This document shows positions 12,342 to 26,700 of a stretch of DNA of 64,000 nucleotides, in pieces. The translations under genes and the position numbers were made by a program. Source of the DNA: Atractiella rhizophila (Eukaryota); the NCBI GenBank assembly GCA_021432655.1, contig MU271259.1:44155-108154 (forward strand). The letters run 5' to 3'. Position 1 is the first letter of the stretch, and the number at the start of each line of letters is the position of its first letter. The notes beneath the pieces were generated by a model, which had not been told where the DNA came from, did not search any database, and worked only from the letters and a program-made list of their open reading frames with translations.

Positions 12342-13683
12342 ATGTCTCCCACGGCCCGCTCAAAACTCAAGAAATCACGGTCGGAGGACACCCTCCAGTG
12401 GCACGCGAAAAGCATGAACGCGCTCTCCAGGCAGCTCTCCTCACCCCTCCTCCCGCACCGGCCAAAAGCAACGACCGCAAACCCATATCTGAAGAGGAAT
12501 CCGCCTATGCCTCCCATGCTTAGGAAAAGCTCGAATTGCTTGAATCCAGCCACTAGCATGTTGGGAAGGAAACGTAGCTTGCCCCGAGACATTGGGGAAA
12601 CCAAACCTGGAACGACAGGGAAGGAGGTGGATTTGAAAAGCTTAAAGAGGTTAAAAAGGGACTATGCAAGTCGAGATATTTCGAAAACTCAAGTTAGTTT
12701 GTTTACCATTCTTTGTCTTCCTGTCACTGAAGGCTCTTTGTGTTCTTTGTTTGTCGTACGTTTTCAGACTGAACCATCCTCCATCACGCGGAAGCTGTCT
12801 GGATCCTTATCCGCTCACAATCCCACTCTCATGTCCTTGACGACGTCAAACCTGAAGATTCACAACCATTCCGTGTTCGTTGGCGAAGCGAAGGAGCTGG
12901 AAGCATGGGCTGTGGAACAAGGGATGAAGGGGTTCGAAATCCCAGATCCTACAGAGGTCGCCACCGTGATCGTGGAAGAAGAGAAAGAGCCAAAAGGCGA
13001 GGATGGAGATCCAGCAACAGTGAGAGGGAAAGGATCTGACGACACGCTGCTGAGGGTAGCGGCAGAGGATGAGACGATGGAAGACGACGTGTGGTACCCC
13101 GCCGTTCGTCCTTTCCATTCCATGAAATCTGCAGTCATTGCTTAACGTTGGGAGACAGAGACAACTGGCTCGCCTAAAGAACCTACACAGATGGCGCAAA
13201 TTCACTTTGACAGACCCCTCCCATTCAAACGTGAAGGATCCCTCGCTTTTGGATCAGGATGATTCCAATTCCCCTCCCGCCCCTCAGAGGTCATTTGTAG
13301 CCAATACTTTCTATCCTCCAACGACGGAACATCGGGTCCCAGAGGCGGTGAAAACACTCGTTGCTACCACTGCCGGTGACGGCGGGATCGGTCCTAACTC
13401 TTCACCTCTCGACGAGGGTCGAGGCGAAGGAGGGTTTGGTGGTGGAGGTATAGAGGAGGAGGAGGAGACAAACATGAACGTGGATGAGGATGAGGATGGG
13501 CAGGGACAACTGATGCTAGGGAAGGAGGAATTGCCGACGCTCGCAACTGGACAAGAGGTTGGGGTGCTTACTAGGGCAGGGAAGAGGAAAAGGCAACAAG
13601 AGGAAGAAAAAGCAAAGAAGAAAGTAAGGAGGAGCCAGAGGATCAATCGCTCCGGGCCGTCTGGCAATACGAGGAGGAAGTGA
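12342..13683 (+). CDS. Hypothetical protein, basic/acidic low complexity, probably nuclear
   Basis: Two long ORFs (12264-13145, 13138-13683) joinable by GT-AG introns; NLS-like GKRKR...KKKVRR; no family recognised. Confidence 0.6.
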
Positions 13684-14088
13684 TGTGAAGTTGGGTGCTT
13701 CTTGGTTATGTGTCGCAAGAGACAGGAATCATCTCATTATTTTCTTTCGTGGATACTCTATGTTGTTCAATTCAGTACGCAGAAATGATTTCATTTCAAC
13801 AATATTGTTCGTCTTGTTGCATTATTACAATCACCCATCGTCAATCCTAATGAATAATATCACGCAAACACGTTTCAAAGACACAACCAATCACCATTAG
13901 CATCTGCCTCTCTCCCTTGTTCAGCTTAGCTTGGTTCCGTCATCTGTCATCACTACATGAACTAACTACGGTGGAACTACGAGAAAGGTTTCCTTGTATC
14001 GGTACCGCGCTTCCCGTGCGCCGAATTGCCACCTGAGCTCCTCCTTCCAAAGTTTCCACCCTTCCTTTTGGCGCTCTCAGCTTCCGCC

Positions 14089-15885
14089 ATGGCGCCCGTG
14101 AACACCTCCTGGCTGGCCAGCGTCTCCTCTCGATTTTCTCCCAGCCGCATATTTCCTCGCAACGGATCACGACACGAGGACCCACCAACACCAAGTCGAC
14201 CGGTGCCAGCGAATGTTGGAGACGACTTGACCCTGCAGGGAGACGATGAAAGTGAAGACAGCGTGGTTGTAAATGTTGAGGTGGACTTGGAGGCGGTGGA
14301 CGATGAAGGCATTGGAATTGGCATTAACGCGCTGAAAGAGGATGAGGGGTGTTTTGTGGACGCCGCCTCAGCTCGGAGTCGGAGAGGGAAGGGGAAGCAG
14401 GATGAGATTGCTGTCGGTGCGTCTCTGTTCATCACTTGAGCTTGGGAGGCATGCTCAAAGAAGCTGCTCTAGATTTTCTTGCAAGGCTGCCACCTGAAAT
14501 TGCCCTTGCAATCGTCAAGCAACTCAGCTACACGGACATTGCGACCTGCCAGCGCGTGAGCAAGAGGTGGAACGAGCTTAGCACCGATTCTGTAGTTTGG
14601 AAAGAGAAGTTTGCGGAGATGAGAGCTGTGTATGGATGGGAGGCTCGCTCTCCAGACCTCTCAGAGGCTTTGCAACAACTGGCATTCAACGAGGTTTGTA
14701 TTTTCCCTAATCTCTCCTTTCTACAAGCTAAACTAATATGTATTGATATACTTTAGGTCAAAACTCCCATGCAGAACTGGCAGACCATCTTCCGCGATCG
14801 TTCACGGTTACAGAAGCGGTGGGACACCGGCAAAGGGCTGAAAATGGTCGCTATCAAAGGACATAGCGACTCGGTTTACTGTCTGCAATTCGACAGCGAA
14901 AAAATCGTCACAGGATCACGGGACCGCACCGTGAAGATCTGGACGCACGACGGCACGCTTCTGAAGACTCTGAGCGCGCATAAGGCGTCGGTGCTGTGCT
15001 TGAGGTACGATGATAAGAAGGGGATAATGCTCACTGGGAGCTCGGATCAGACGATTGTGGTGTGGAGGATGCCTGATGAATGGGATGGAGAGGAGAAAGA
15101 GGGAGAGAGATGGGACTGGAAGCCTTGGAAAGTCCTTAAAGGTCACACGATGGGCGTCCTGGATGTAGAGATGAACGACAAGTGGCTCGTGAGCTGCTCT
15201 AAAGTGCGTACCACATTTACTCTTTCAGTCTCTTCCACGAGTAAATACTGATACACGAGCGTTAGGACACTACCATCAAAGTCTGGGACGCTCGTACCTT
15301 CCGCCTCGTACGGACAATCACAGGTCACCGAGGTCCAGTGAATGGCGTTCAATTACGGGGTGATCGCATCGTTTCTGCTTCAGGAGATTCGACCATGAAG
15401 CTCTGGGATATACGAGATGGACGTATGCTGCACAGCTTCGAAGGTCACGAGCGTGGACTGGCATGCGTCAAGTATTCGACGTCCGGGAAGTACCTAGCCA
15501 CCGGTAGTAACGATAAGACGGTCAAGATCTGGGATGTTGAGACGGGAAAGTGTACCCAGACGCTGTGTGGGCACGATGATCTTGTCAGAGCTGTATGGTT
15601 CGATGACGTGAGGGAAAGACTGGTGTCTGGATCTTATGATAAGGTACTATCTACTTTACTTCCATTCGCACTGGGAACAATTCTGATGAAAGCTGTGGCT
15701 GCTAGTCACTCAAAGTATGGAACACCCGGACCGGTGAATTGTTGATGGATATCAAAAGAGGGCACACCAGCTTAGTCTTCGATGTCGCGTTCGACTTGAG
15801 AAGAATCATTAGTTGCTCTCACGATGTCAAGATTCTCGTTCTCGACTTTGGGTACGACCTCGACACGTCTCGATACTTGTCATGA
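14089..15885 (+). CDS. F-box/WD40 protein, beta-TrCP/FWD-1/Pof11-like
   Basis: F-box DFLARLPPEIALAIVKQL...CQRVSKRW; WD40 repeats GHSDSVYCLQFD..KIVTGSRDRTVKIW, GHERGLAC, GHDDLVR; ends IISCSHDVKILVLDF. Confidence 0.88.
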
Positions 15886-16624
15886 CCGTCCTTCTCACTC
15901 CCGTCCCCAAACCAAATATTCGCTTCGCCAGTACAACCGCTACAACTCTGTGAATACACATCTCACGGGTCCATCCTCATTTCCTTTGTCTTATCGACGC
16001 GATATCGAACTCCTCTCATCCTCCTAGATTACTCTCACAGTTTATAGCAACGCTTCTTCTCCTTGTTACACACGCAATCATCATTTCGTGGCTTCAGTCG
16101 CTCCCAGTTAACATACACAGAAGTCAGTTCGTTTTTGTCTGTTTTTAGTTCCGTTTGCTTTTATTTCTGTTTGTGTCCAAGTAGTGCCATAACCCTTTCT
16201 GTGACTGGATGTGACGGACTGATGACCAGCCTTACCTCAAAATGATATAGACCGATGCAAAATAATAATACATCTTTGATTTGACACCATGCATTCGCTG
16301 CAACTGACCCAACAAGATCACAAGTGAGAATGAACTTCGTGGTGGAATCTTGTTCTGGAAAGTCGTAGGCAATTTATAAGTCTGCATAGGTACAACGCAA
16401 ACTGGTGTTACGATATATAACAAATGGAGCATAATCTCCAGGACACTCTTCTCTTCGTAGAAAGAAGGCAGGGAGATAAAACGAGATAACAGCAAGGTCT
16501 TGCAATTTTGGCACCGACTCAGACAGCGAGATATTGCTACATCAGGTAAGGAGGGAAAACGAAGAAGATCAGCTTTCTCGATATCTAGAAGCTGACCATG
16601 ACAAGATGCAGTTCGCAGAGAGAC

Positions 16625-17852
16625 TTATAGGTCTCCAAAGATATCATCGATTTCATTCCTCTTGATCTTCCTCTTTTTCTGACCTTTTTCCTCCTTCATT
16701 TTCCCCGGTTTTCTCTTCTTCGCCTGCTCAGTCTGGCGAGAGCCAGAAGCAGCGGAAGCCATAGCATTCGCCGAATGTGAAGCTGGCAGCTGTGAATCAT
16801 TTGTGTTCAATTCAGTAAAGAACGAAGTATCCGTGACCTCGCGACTCCCGACGTCTTCCTCGACAGGATGCACTTCAGAGACGATTTCTTCAACCGTTGG
16901 CTCTTCGTCCTCACGCTCGACCGCTTTGCCAATGTCCTGTCGATCGATTGCAACCCCGACATCTTCCTCGAACCCAAGAACTACTGGGCGAGGGGCTTCT
17001 GAAGCTTGCCCCGACTGCAACAAGTGAGACGTTGAGCCCGTAAGACGATCCCACAGTGTCCTTAGGTCGAGATGCATCTTTCGAAGCTGAGGTGTTAAGT
17101 CGATGATGCTCTGAGTTCCTCCATTAGAAGGTATAAGATTTCTACGATGACCAACCTGACTCTCAATGATAAAATCTGCATACTTCCCAACCGTGCTTTC
17201 TAAATCACTCTTGAACTTCGGTAGCAGGAATCGGAGACGAGCGAGCAGCGCGGTAAGTGTTGCCGAGAGAGGCATGAATGCCTTCGTCGCAAGGAATTGT
17301 AGAACTGGTTGTTCAGCTGTGTTCGTAACCTCAACTGACTGCAAAGTAGTTAAGCTCTCCTCATAGCAACTGAATAAAAGACCAACTTTTTCGATGAGGA
17401 GGTACGATCGAAGTAACCGCTCTAAAGACACCAGCAGGTCGAAGGGGGTAATTGTCCGCGTCTGTGGAGCAGTCTCCTTCTGCTTTCCTTTCAGACTCTC
17501 TTTTCCCTCTTCACTTCATAATTTTATGAATGGGATATGGGAAAAAAATAAAACAGACTCACCATCCTGTCACTACGTCGAGAAAAGCTTGCAGCTCATC
17601 CACAACTCGACCAGATATCCTGTCAACGCCTCGAATACGAGGCCACCACTTCTGAGATTTGTGTTGGTTTTTCTGAAGATAAATAAGCTGGGAAAGAAGT
17701 TCGGTTTCTACGCGCAAAAGAGATAGCTTCTTCGCTATGGATTTTTGAATGGAAAGAATGGAATACGGGATGGGCAAGTGTGGAATTTGTGGGAACCCTG
17801 AAAGGTGCTCGGGGACGGTGTAATCCAAGCGTAAACGTTGTAAGCTGTCCAT
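16625..17852 (-). CDS. RNase MRP subunit Rmp1/NEPRO-like protein
   Basis: Motif E.ELLSQLIYLQKNQHKSQKWW; FMPLSATLTALLARL; C-terminal KKRK..NEIDDIFG. Confidence 0.65.
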
Positions 17853-18980
17853 AAATAAAGCATTAATGTGCAAGTTCGCCGATTGAAGTTTATGTTACGA
17901 GTTGCTAAATAAGGTTTGTGTGATCGCGACTTACCGCAGCTGTCAGTGTCGATAATGACAACGTTCATTGAGTGTTTATGAAGTTTTATGCTTCGATTAA
18001 TAGACTTTTGCGAATCACTCCAGCGGATCCTCGCGAGGCGTTATCAGATGATTTGAGGATTACAATACACAGCATATACTTGTTAGGCTTCCGAAATTGG
18101 AGGTGGAAAGAAAATCTCAGGAGAATAAAAATATAAGACAGTCAGTCGATCGAATCAAATCACCACATTTCGCTCTTCGAAAGCTTCAAAGTTCCGCAAG
18201 CAGCGGAGGAAATGGGAAGGGAGAAAATCGGTTTGAGGCAAGATTTTTGGGTCGATTGACTTCTGGGAATGAGACAGAGACGAGAGGCAGGAATACAAAG
18301 GATTGTTTCTGCACGGAAAAAACGATGATGCCGTTCTTTGTAGAAAATAGGAGGAAGAAAAAGAAGTTACTCAAGCAGAGAGATGGGATGGGAAAAGGTT
18401 AGCGAAGTGATTTGAGATAACAAACGAGCTAAATCAATCAAAATCGAGGTAACGCAAACGCAACGTACTGATAACGAGATGGATGGATGATTTACACCAG
18501 CTTCACGTATCCTTTTAAAGGAGAAGTTGAAATCTGCCTGCCTTCCGTCCAAATCTAGGTTCCTTTGTAAATGTGGGCAGGAATGGAAAGAGTCACGATC
18601 TGCACCACAATAAAGCAATATGAACAGTCCGAAATTCAAATCTGTGATGAGGAGGAATTGGTTGAAAACATGTTAGCGTATTTATACAACTTTCAACGTT
18701 TGAGTGACGTCTGAAGAAAAGAACATCCACTAAAGTAACCGTAATCAAAATAAAACCTTTAGGAGACCATTATTTGTTGAAATGTGAGCTTGGAAGGGTA
18801 AGGCCCGACGGGTGGCCGTAGGGAATGAACTACTTTTGCAGAACAGAGACATTGGATTTCCGTCGTTTTGCGCTGTAGACTGATAGAGAGATGACGCCGA
18901 GAGTGGAAAACCTCGACCAGCTCGTGATGGTCTATACACCCCAATGGTCAGTTCGATGCCAGGGACATTGCAGGGTGGAC

Positions 18981-20372
18981 TTACCACCTCCTTCCCTGCT
19001 CATTGTCTCCGTCCCCCATATGTGCGTCCGCCTCACCTGTAGCGTAAACCCCATAACCATAGTGGGGATCCATAGAGTACAATTGGAAGTTCATCATGGA
19101 AGTGGGTATTCCAACCTCTGGATACGTTTGCCGTCTCCATCCATCATCGTGGGCAGTAGTCCATCCGTTCGCGTTCATCATCACAGGTATACTATAGCCA
19201 TGTAAGATGGTTCCTGGGTACGAGTTCGCAGGCCGCCAGAAGTGGTCTAGGCTCCCCCGTCCTTCTCCATCTCTCCTTCCACCAGTCCCGTTTACGTTCA
19301 TATTAGCCGACGTCGGGCTAGGCTGCATCGGAACGCAAACAACCTCTCCTTCCTCTCCCTCATCCAATAACCGCTGTCTCTCATGTTCTTGCAATATAGC
19401 ATTCCTAAACCCCTCTTGTAGCCCTCGCAGACCATCCGCACTCTCCAACGTTTGAAAAGGCTGGATAAATTGGAGCGCGTCTCGAGATATTTCGAGGTTG
19501 AGCGCTTCGAACGTAGCAGAAGTAGAAAGAGGGGTGGCCGCGCGTTCTCGTTCTAATTCTCGCTCCCGCTCTCTCTCTCTCTCCCGCTGTGTTCGGTAGT
19601 TATTCTTGCGGTGTTGGGATTGAGAGCGATGAGAGTTGGAATGCGAGGGGTTGTGATGTGAGTTTGAATGGTGATTGTGGTTACTGTGAGGGTGATGATT
19701 ATTGTGTTGATGCCGCGGAGCAGTCTGCTGTTGGGGGTACAATGAGAGAGCTTGGAAGGATTTAGCGAGGGGGTCGGAGGACGTCGCATAAGAGGGATGA
19801 GGATGGAGTTGAGCTGAAGGAATCGAAGGAGAAGCGGATGGAGTTGAAGAAGTTGAGGCGAAGGGGTAATGGTTTGCCGTAACCGCGACACCTGATGGGG
19901 TAGAAGCGGTACTGTATCCTCCGTGAGAGCCATTGGCTACGCCGACGCCATTGAGTTGAGCATTCGGGTGAACCTGAACGTGCCTGTGGTAGATAGGAGG
20001 GGTGGAAGGGCCGCCCATGCCAGTTCCAGTCCAGCGGTGGTGGGCGTAAGCTGCGGCTGTTGGAGAAGGAGGTATTGGGCTTGATGACAAGCTGTAATCC
20101 GAAGTCCAGAAGAAAGTTGATGGCTCGATTTGGAGAGTTGGAGAGCTCGGGTTCAAGGTGAGGAATTTCTGGTGGCGAGTGGTAGGATGAAGTTCCTGTG
20201 ATCAAGGGAAGAAAGGGTCAGTACTCGCCCCTTGATCTCCGTACGAGATCGCGGGAAAGGGAATATTTTCTCCCGTCAACTCTGTAAACGTTCTACAGTT
20301 TCCCGCGGTCCTCTTCCATCACGAATGAAGTAGGAAAATGCACACCTTTGGAGAAGAATGGGGAGACTCCAT
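18981..20372 (-). CDS. Hypothetical low-complexity protein (S/P-rich, His-rich, RE repeat)
   Basis: MESPHSSPK exon spliced (intron 20196-20345) in frame to a 391-codon ORF; the 3' end may extend by splicing. Confidence 0.65.
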
Positions 20373-20763
20373 CTTGAGTTTGTTGTTGGACTTCCGATTT
20401 GAAGGTTTCCTATAATGAGTGCTGTGATTCTGAATCGTTGGACAGTCCACTGCTACTGATGACATTTTGGTCCTCTCCGTATGAGCTAGTTATTCTGTCG
20501 ACTAAGCCGGTTGGTCCTGAGGGAGTGCTGGAAGGACGTGGTGGTTTGCAGACAAGGAGAGGATTAGCTCCGACGTGATGCGAGCGTGATGATGTCGGTC
20601 GTGGCGAACTCAAATTCCACCAACTCGATCTCGCACTTGCCTGCTCAATAGCGGGTCTTTCTGACTTTCACGACTTCCAAACGCTGTAACGAACGAAAGG
20701 AGAAGAAGGAATTGAGCAAGAAAGTCACAAGAAACAGCTCGGGAAGTGAGGCATCCCATAAAG

Positions 20764-23700
20764 ATGTACTACCTCGAGAGCGCCATAACACCAGTCCTCA
20801 ATCGATACGTCAATCAATTTTTTGAAGTTCATGATCAACAAGTGAGTTTGTTCGAGATGTTATAATCGGATTCAGGCTGACCAAGTTGGTGGAAACAGCT
20901 CTCATTGGGCTATAAGGATACTACATTGAAGGATGTTCGGTTGAAGAAGGAAGCTCTGGACAAGCTGGGATTGCCGCTGGATGTAGTGGACGGATACGCT
21001 GGAGAGCTGAGGATATCAATCCCATGGTATGTTCTTACCTTATTTGCCTGTATGGAAGTGGGAAGTAAATTGTTGTTTGAAGGCTTTCGTTAGGCAGCTC
21101 GCCGTCCCAGATCCGGTTGACTGACCTGTACCTCGTTGCCTCCCCCTCGAACCAAGAAGAAGCCAACGTAGCTGAAGATGAGAAGCGGGCGTTCCAAAGG
21201 AAGATGGACAAACTGAAGAACTCTGAACTTCTCCTCGTCGATCCTAATACTGGAACTCAGCAGGACGAGCAGAAGAGCCAGAGCTTCGTTTCTGCGTTAA
21301 TATCCAAAGTCGTCAACAACATCCAGATTACGATCGAGAATGTTCATATTCGTTATCAAGACGCAGTTTCTGTTCCCGGACACCCTTTTGCTGTCGGTCT
21401 CGTTTTAGGCAAGCTTTCGATACAGTCGTCAGATGAGAACTGGATGCCTGCTTTCATTGCGGACGCGAAGAAGTCGATCAACAAGCTTATGAACCTTGAG
21501 CGATTGGGAGTCTATTTTGATACCGACGCCGGCAATTTGACAGGAGAAGAAATGCGTTCCTTCATAGCAAATCTGGCGCAGAACGGGACGAAAGGCCATC
21601 AATTTATACTTTCACCCGTCTCAAGTATTGGTCATCTCACCATGTCGCATAGAATTGACCACACCACTCCAAAATGGGACGTTGAGCTTTTCTTCGATCA
21701 ACTTGCTTTCGTTCTCGATGAAGACCAGTATCGTGACGCCCTTTCCATGCTCGAGCTTTTCCACTTCTACATCCGCAAAAACCAATATCGAAAGTTCAGG
21801 CCTCAAATCAAAGAGTTTGAGAAGAATCGGGCGAAAGCTTTTTGGCGCTTCGCCGGCTCAGCTATCATATCTGAGATTCACGAAAAGCATCGACAATGGA
21901 GTTGGGCGTTCTTCAAGGAACGGCGCAACGATCGCAAAGAGTACATTTCCCTTTTCAAAGCTCAAGAGGCGAATAAGCAAGTCCCGCTGCAGCCTGAGGA
22001 TAAAGCGATGCTTGATGCTCTCGAGCGCAAGCTCTCCTTTCGAGACCTTCGATTCTACCGCTCCATCGCTCGCTCACAGATGCGCAAGGAGGCTCGCCAG
22101 GTTGAACGACAGAACACAGCCGCCTCCGTAGCTTCGAACAAACCTGCAGGCGGAGGTGGATGGTGGGGTTACCTCACGGGATCACACTCCACTAACACGT
22201 CAAAGGGAGAGAACCTCCAACCTGGTCTGAACGATGAACAGAGGCAGGAGCTCTACGAAGTCATTGATTATGATGAAGCGTCTGCTCTCACTGCTGCTGT
22301 CGACCTTCCGAGAGACACGCTCAAGGCTCGTGTCAAGGCGAATCTCCAGCGAGGAAGTCTAGCTTTGCGGCGAGATCCCCATGGATCAAACTCAGATCTC
22401 ATCGCTATCAGCTTCAACGATTTTGACAGTCAGATTATTCAACGACCCGACAATCTCGAGGCTTCTCTCCACCTAGGAGGGATGGAAGTCAGGGATGGTA
22501 CAGTGCCAAATTCGGTGTATAAGGAGATCGTGCGCGTGAAGCATGAGGGGTCTTCGGCCCCAATATCGAGATCTACTTCTGAGCAAATGACGCTGGAGCC
22601 CTTCATGCTGGAGCAAAAGAAAAGTGGAAGCCCGTTCTTCTCCCTGTGGTTCGAGCATAAGCCCCTGGACGACAGAGCGGACAATAGTTTGACGGTGCGA
22701 ATGAGAGAGATGGAGGTAATCTACCATCGAGGGTATATCGAGGAGATTTTCAAGTTCTTTAGGCCACCTCAATCCCAACTAGAGAGTGTTGGTGCACTCA
22801 TCGACGTTGCAAGCATGACCTTCGAAGGACTCCGGAATCAGACCAGAGCAGGCTTCGAGTTCGCGCTGGAGAATCACAAGACGATTGACATGCAGCTTGA
22901 CCTCAACGCTCCAGTTATCATTATCCCAGAGGACGTAACACGCAGAGATTGTCAGCATGTCGTGCTTGATGCTGGTCACATTTCGGTGGAGAGCGATTTA
23001 GCCAGCAAGGAGCTGCTGAACGACGTGAACAAGAAAGTGAATCAGGAGTATTCAGAAGAAGATTGGACCCGGTTGGAAAGCTTGATGTACGACAAGTTCA
23101 CGGTGAAGCTGCAGTCGACACAGCTCCTCATCGGCAATAGTTTGGAAGATTGCTTGATGGAGCTTCACGACCAAGGAGGATCGAATACAGACGTCCACAT
23201 ACTGGAGAAAATGAACATGTCGTTCCTAGCCCAAAACTCTATCATTCCCAAAGCTCCCAATCTCACACGCTTCAAGCTTACGGGGACCCTGCCAGATTTT
23301 AGAATCAACTTCTCTGACAGAAAGTACAAGATGTTGATGCGGATGATCGACATTGCTATCCCCCACTTCGATGACGAACCCAACGAACTACCGGCCATCC
23401 CTCCTCCGCCTCGAAACAGAAGGCTCTCTATTTTGCCGTTTGGTGCGGGAGAGGAAGACGAGCCTATTAGCTTCGACGGAGATGAGGAGGAAAAGACGAT
23501 GGGAAGCAAAGAGAAGGATGAATTCTTTGAAGCTTCCGAGGGAGATTCTGTGGGTGTTGCCTTTATCTGAAGCGGCCGCAAACTGAATGTTTGAGTGCAG
23601 TTGACGTGGAAACAGAAGATTTTCGAGTTTTCTTTCACCGTCAATCAAATCAAAGTCGCCATTTTCAAATCCTTACCTAATAAACCAGAGCGGCTTCTGG

Positions 23701-26700
23701 TTAACGCTGTCCTTCAAAACTTTGACTTCCTCTTCACTCTTCGACCGAAAGACCTGGGGGTGGACGTCAATCTTCGCACCCTCTACATCGAGGACTGCAT
23801 TGCTGGTTCAAAAAATCCCTACAAGCATCTTATCTCTTCGAAAGACTTTGACCAGCAAGATGATCAAGGAGAGGATTTGGTCAAGGTCAAGTATTTTCGC
23901 GTGCAGAAAGACTCTCCAGAGTTCAAGTCAGTCTACAACGAAGTCGATCAAAGCGTTCAAGTGGATTTGTCGACCATCAATCTAGTCATTACGAGAGCGA
24001 GCATTGTCAGTGCAGGTCCACAACTGTTCCTCCTACTAATTCCGTTGTCATAGTTAAATCTATACGATTGGATTATGACGACTTTCACAAATCAAGGCTC
24101 ACCATCACCTCAACCTCAAGCCTCAACCACAGACCAAGTCGCTCCAACAGCTGAACCCAGCTCGGACAGGATTGGGTATGTCGCTGAGTGCCATCCATTC
24201 TTCAATATTGAGTTATTCTATAGAGTCAAAGTGAACCTAACCAGTATCGTGGCCGTTTTGAACGAGGATGGGACACGACTGGGCACCTTGTCCCTCAGTG
24301 CTGGATCTGTGAATGTTCTTGTTGGTGCTACCACCTTACGTGTGGATGGCAGACTTGGCAGTCTCTCTTTAGTCGATGATTACAAAGGGAGCTCTCATCT
24401 TCCCCATCGGACACTTCTTTCAATCGAAGGCAACGAAGTCGCGGATTTTGTTTACGAAACTTTCGACCACCAAGACGAAGCTTATCCAGGCTATGACGCA
24501 CGCTTCTACCTCAGGTAATTTGTCAGTGACATGCAGTATGCCGTATTGATGTATCTGGGCAGAACGGGATCTCTTCACTTCGTTGTCAACGAGGGGCCAG
24601 TCCATCGTATTCTTGTTTTCCTCTCCAAGTTTGCGAGAATGAAGGTTGGTCGGCAGATTTGCACTCTTATGTCTCTGATCTTGTCATAGGCTGTCTACGA
24701 TGCCACCACCCAAGCGGCAGCTGAACAGGCAAATCAGCTCCAGGAACGTGTGCAGAAAATGCATTATGACATCCTCATACAAACTCCAATCATTGTTTTC
24801 CCCCGAGAACCGGGTTCAACAGATACCATCATCGCTAATCTGGGAGAAATCAGCGCAAAGAACAGGTTTGAGGCAGACGCTGATGGACCTATCACCAAGA
24901 TCGATGCCGGACTGAAGTCCATCAAACTTGTTTCCAAGTTTGACCAGAATGAACTTCATATTTTGGAGGACGTAGATGTCACCTTTGATATCACCCAGGT
25001 CGACGAAGCGGTGCTGATAAAGAATCCCCGCCGACCAGGTCTAGAGGTGAGGGAGTATCTTGTGTCGCTTCTTGTCTAAAATGACCGCAGATCTTGACCA
25101 ATATGTCGGACGTGCGCATGGGCTTAACGCAGAAGCAATATATCACTATCATGTCTCTAATCCAAGTCATCCCCAGGACTTTCATCGTGAACAATGACGA
25201 ACTCGACCAGTCATCTCTTCCGACCATCCAAACTCATCACGATGACACTCGAGCTGTCGCCAAGGCCGACCTTTATCCTGAGTTATCGAGGCAAGCAGTT
25301 GGCCCCAATGGCGAACTTGTGACACTACGCTCGAACCTTGAACTTGATCTGAAAGCCAAATCGATATATCTGGAGATATTCACCGAAGAGGCTACTGATG
25401 TCGCAAGTCTTGTGGAATCAAGTTTGTCCCGCTTCACCCTGAACGATCTAGGCGTCCGCTTCAAGATGATGTCCAACAGCGCAATGGAAGCTGAGATCAT
25501 TGTCAGATCCTTCACATTGATTGACACTCGACCCTCAAAGTCGACAAAGTTTTCAGAAATCATCCCTCCCACGAAATTTGGTGGCTATCAATTTATGATG
25601 AGTTACACTCAAGGCGGAATTGGCGACGATTCTTCCACGATCAACATCGATGTGGACAGCCCAAAAATAATCTTTTCTCTTGAATTGGTATTCGCCCTCC
25701 TTGCCTACTTTACGAGCCCCTTCCAAGGTCCAGGTTACGTCGAGGAACCTAGGACGATCGAGCCAGACGAGGAAGAACCTACACCGCCACCACAGCAGTC
25801 GACAAGTGGGGGATTGCGGTATCGCATCAACGTTGTTTCACCTACAGTTGTGCTTCTGGAAGACGCAAATCGTCAGGACTCTCAAGCCATTGTTCTCTCA
25901 ATTGGTCAATTCATATTGACTCAACAGACAGTTCTGAGTCTGATGATCAAAGAGATGGGGATGTTCTTCTGTTCCATGGACCGCCAAAAAGATCAAATCC
26001 GGTTCTTGGACAACTTTGACGTGTCGCTCTCAATGGACAGCCGATCAGAAGGGCTACGAATCATTACCAGTGTTGATTTGCGGTTGACGGAGCTCGTGCT
26101 TCGTGTTTCTTATCGGGATGTGCTTCTAATTCAGCGCATCGTCAACAAAGCCGCAGAGCTTTCGTCGACTTCCAACAGCGATGTCTCAGCGGACAAATCT
26201 ACGAGAGCAATCTCCAACCGCACGGACGTTACAGAGAGGATTACTTCAAAGAGGAGCAATCGAAAAGCATTGCCGAGAGCTGAGGTGGTAATGTCTAAAG
26301 AGCAGGTTTGTTTGAGTTCCGATATACCTATCATTCGTGTTGAATTTTCCGCGGTAGCTTCGAGCTAAAATCAGCAGCTTTCAGATGATTGTCATCGGCG
26401 ACGTTCACGAATTGCCCATGTTGGATCTCAAGACAGAAGAAATTGGAGCAGAAGTTAAGGATTGGTCTGGTGATGTGTGATGCCTCTCCTTCTGGGGATT
26501 CTAACTCACTTCCCGAAAATAGCTGAAAGCAGAAGCCCTGATTAAGCCGTATATTAACTACTTCAACCTGAAGAACTCGCATTGGGAGCCTTTAATTGAT
26601 CCATGGGAGTTTGCCATCAAGGTTCGTCATCTCTTGAGAATATACGATGTCTTACTCTGTCTTTTGGCAAAAGCTCAACAGCACGTCCAATCCCTCAGCT

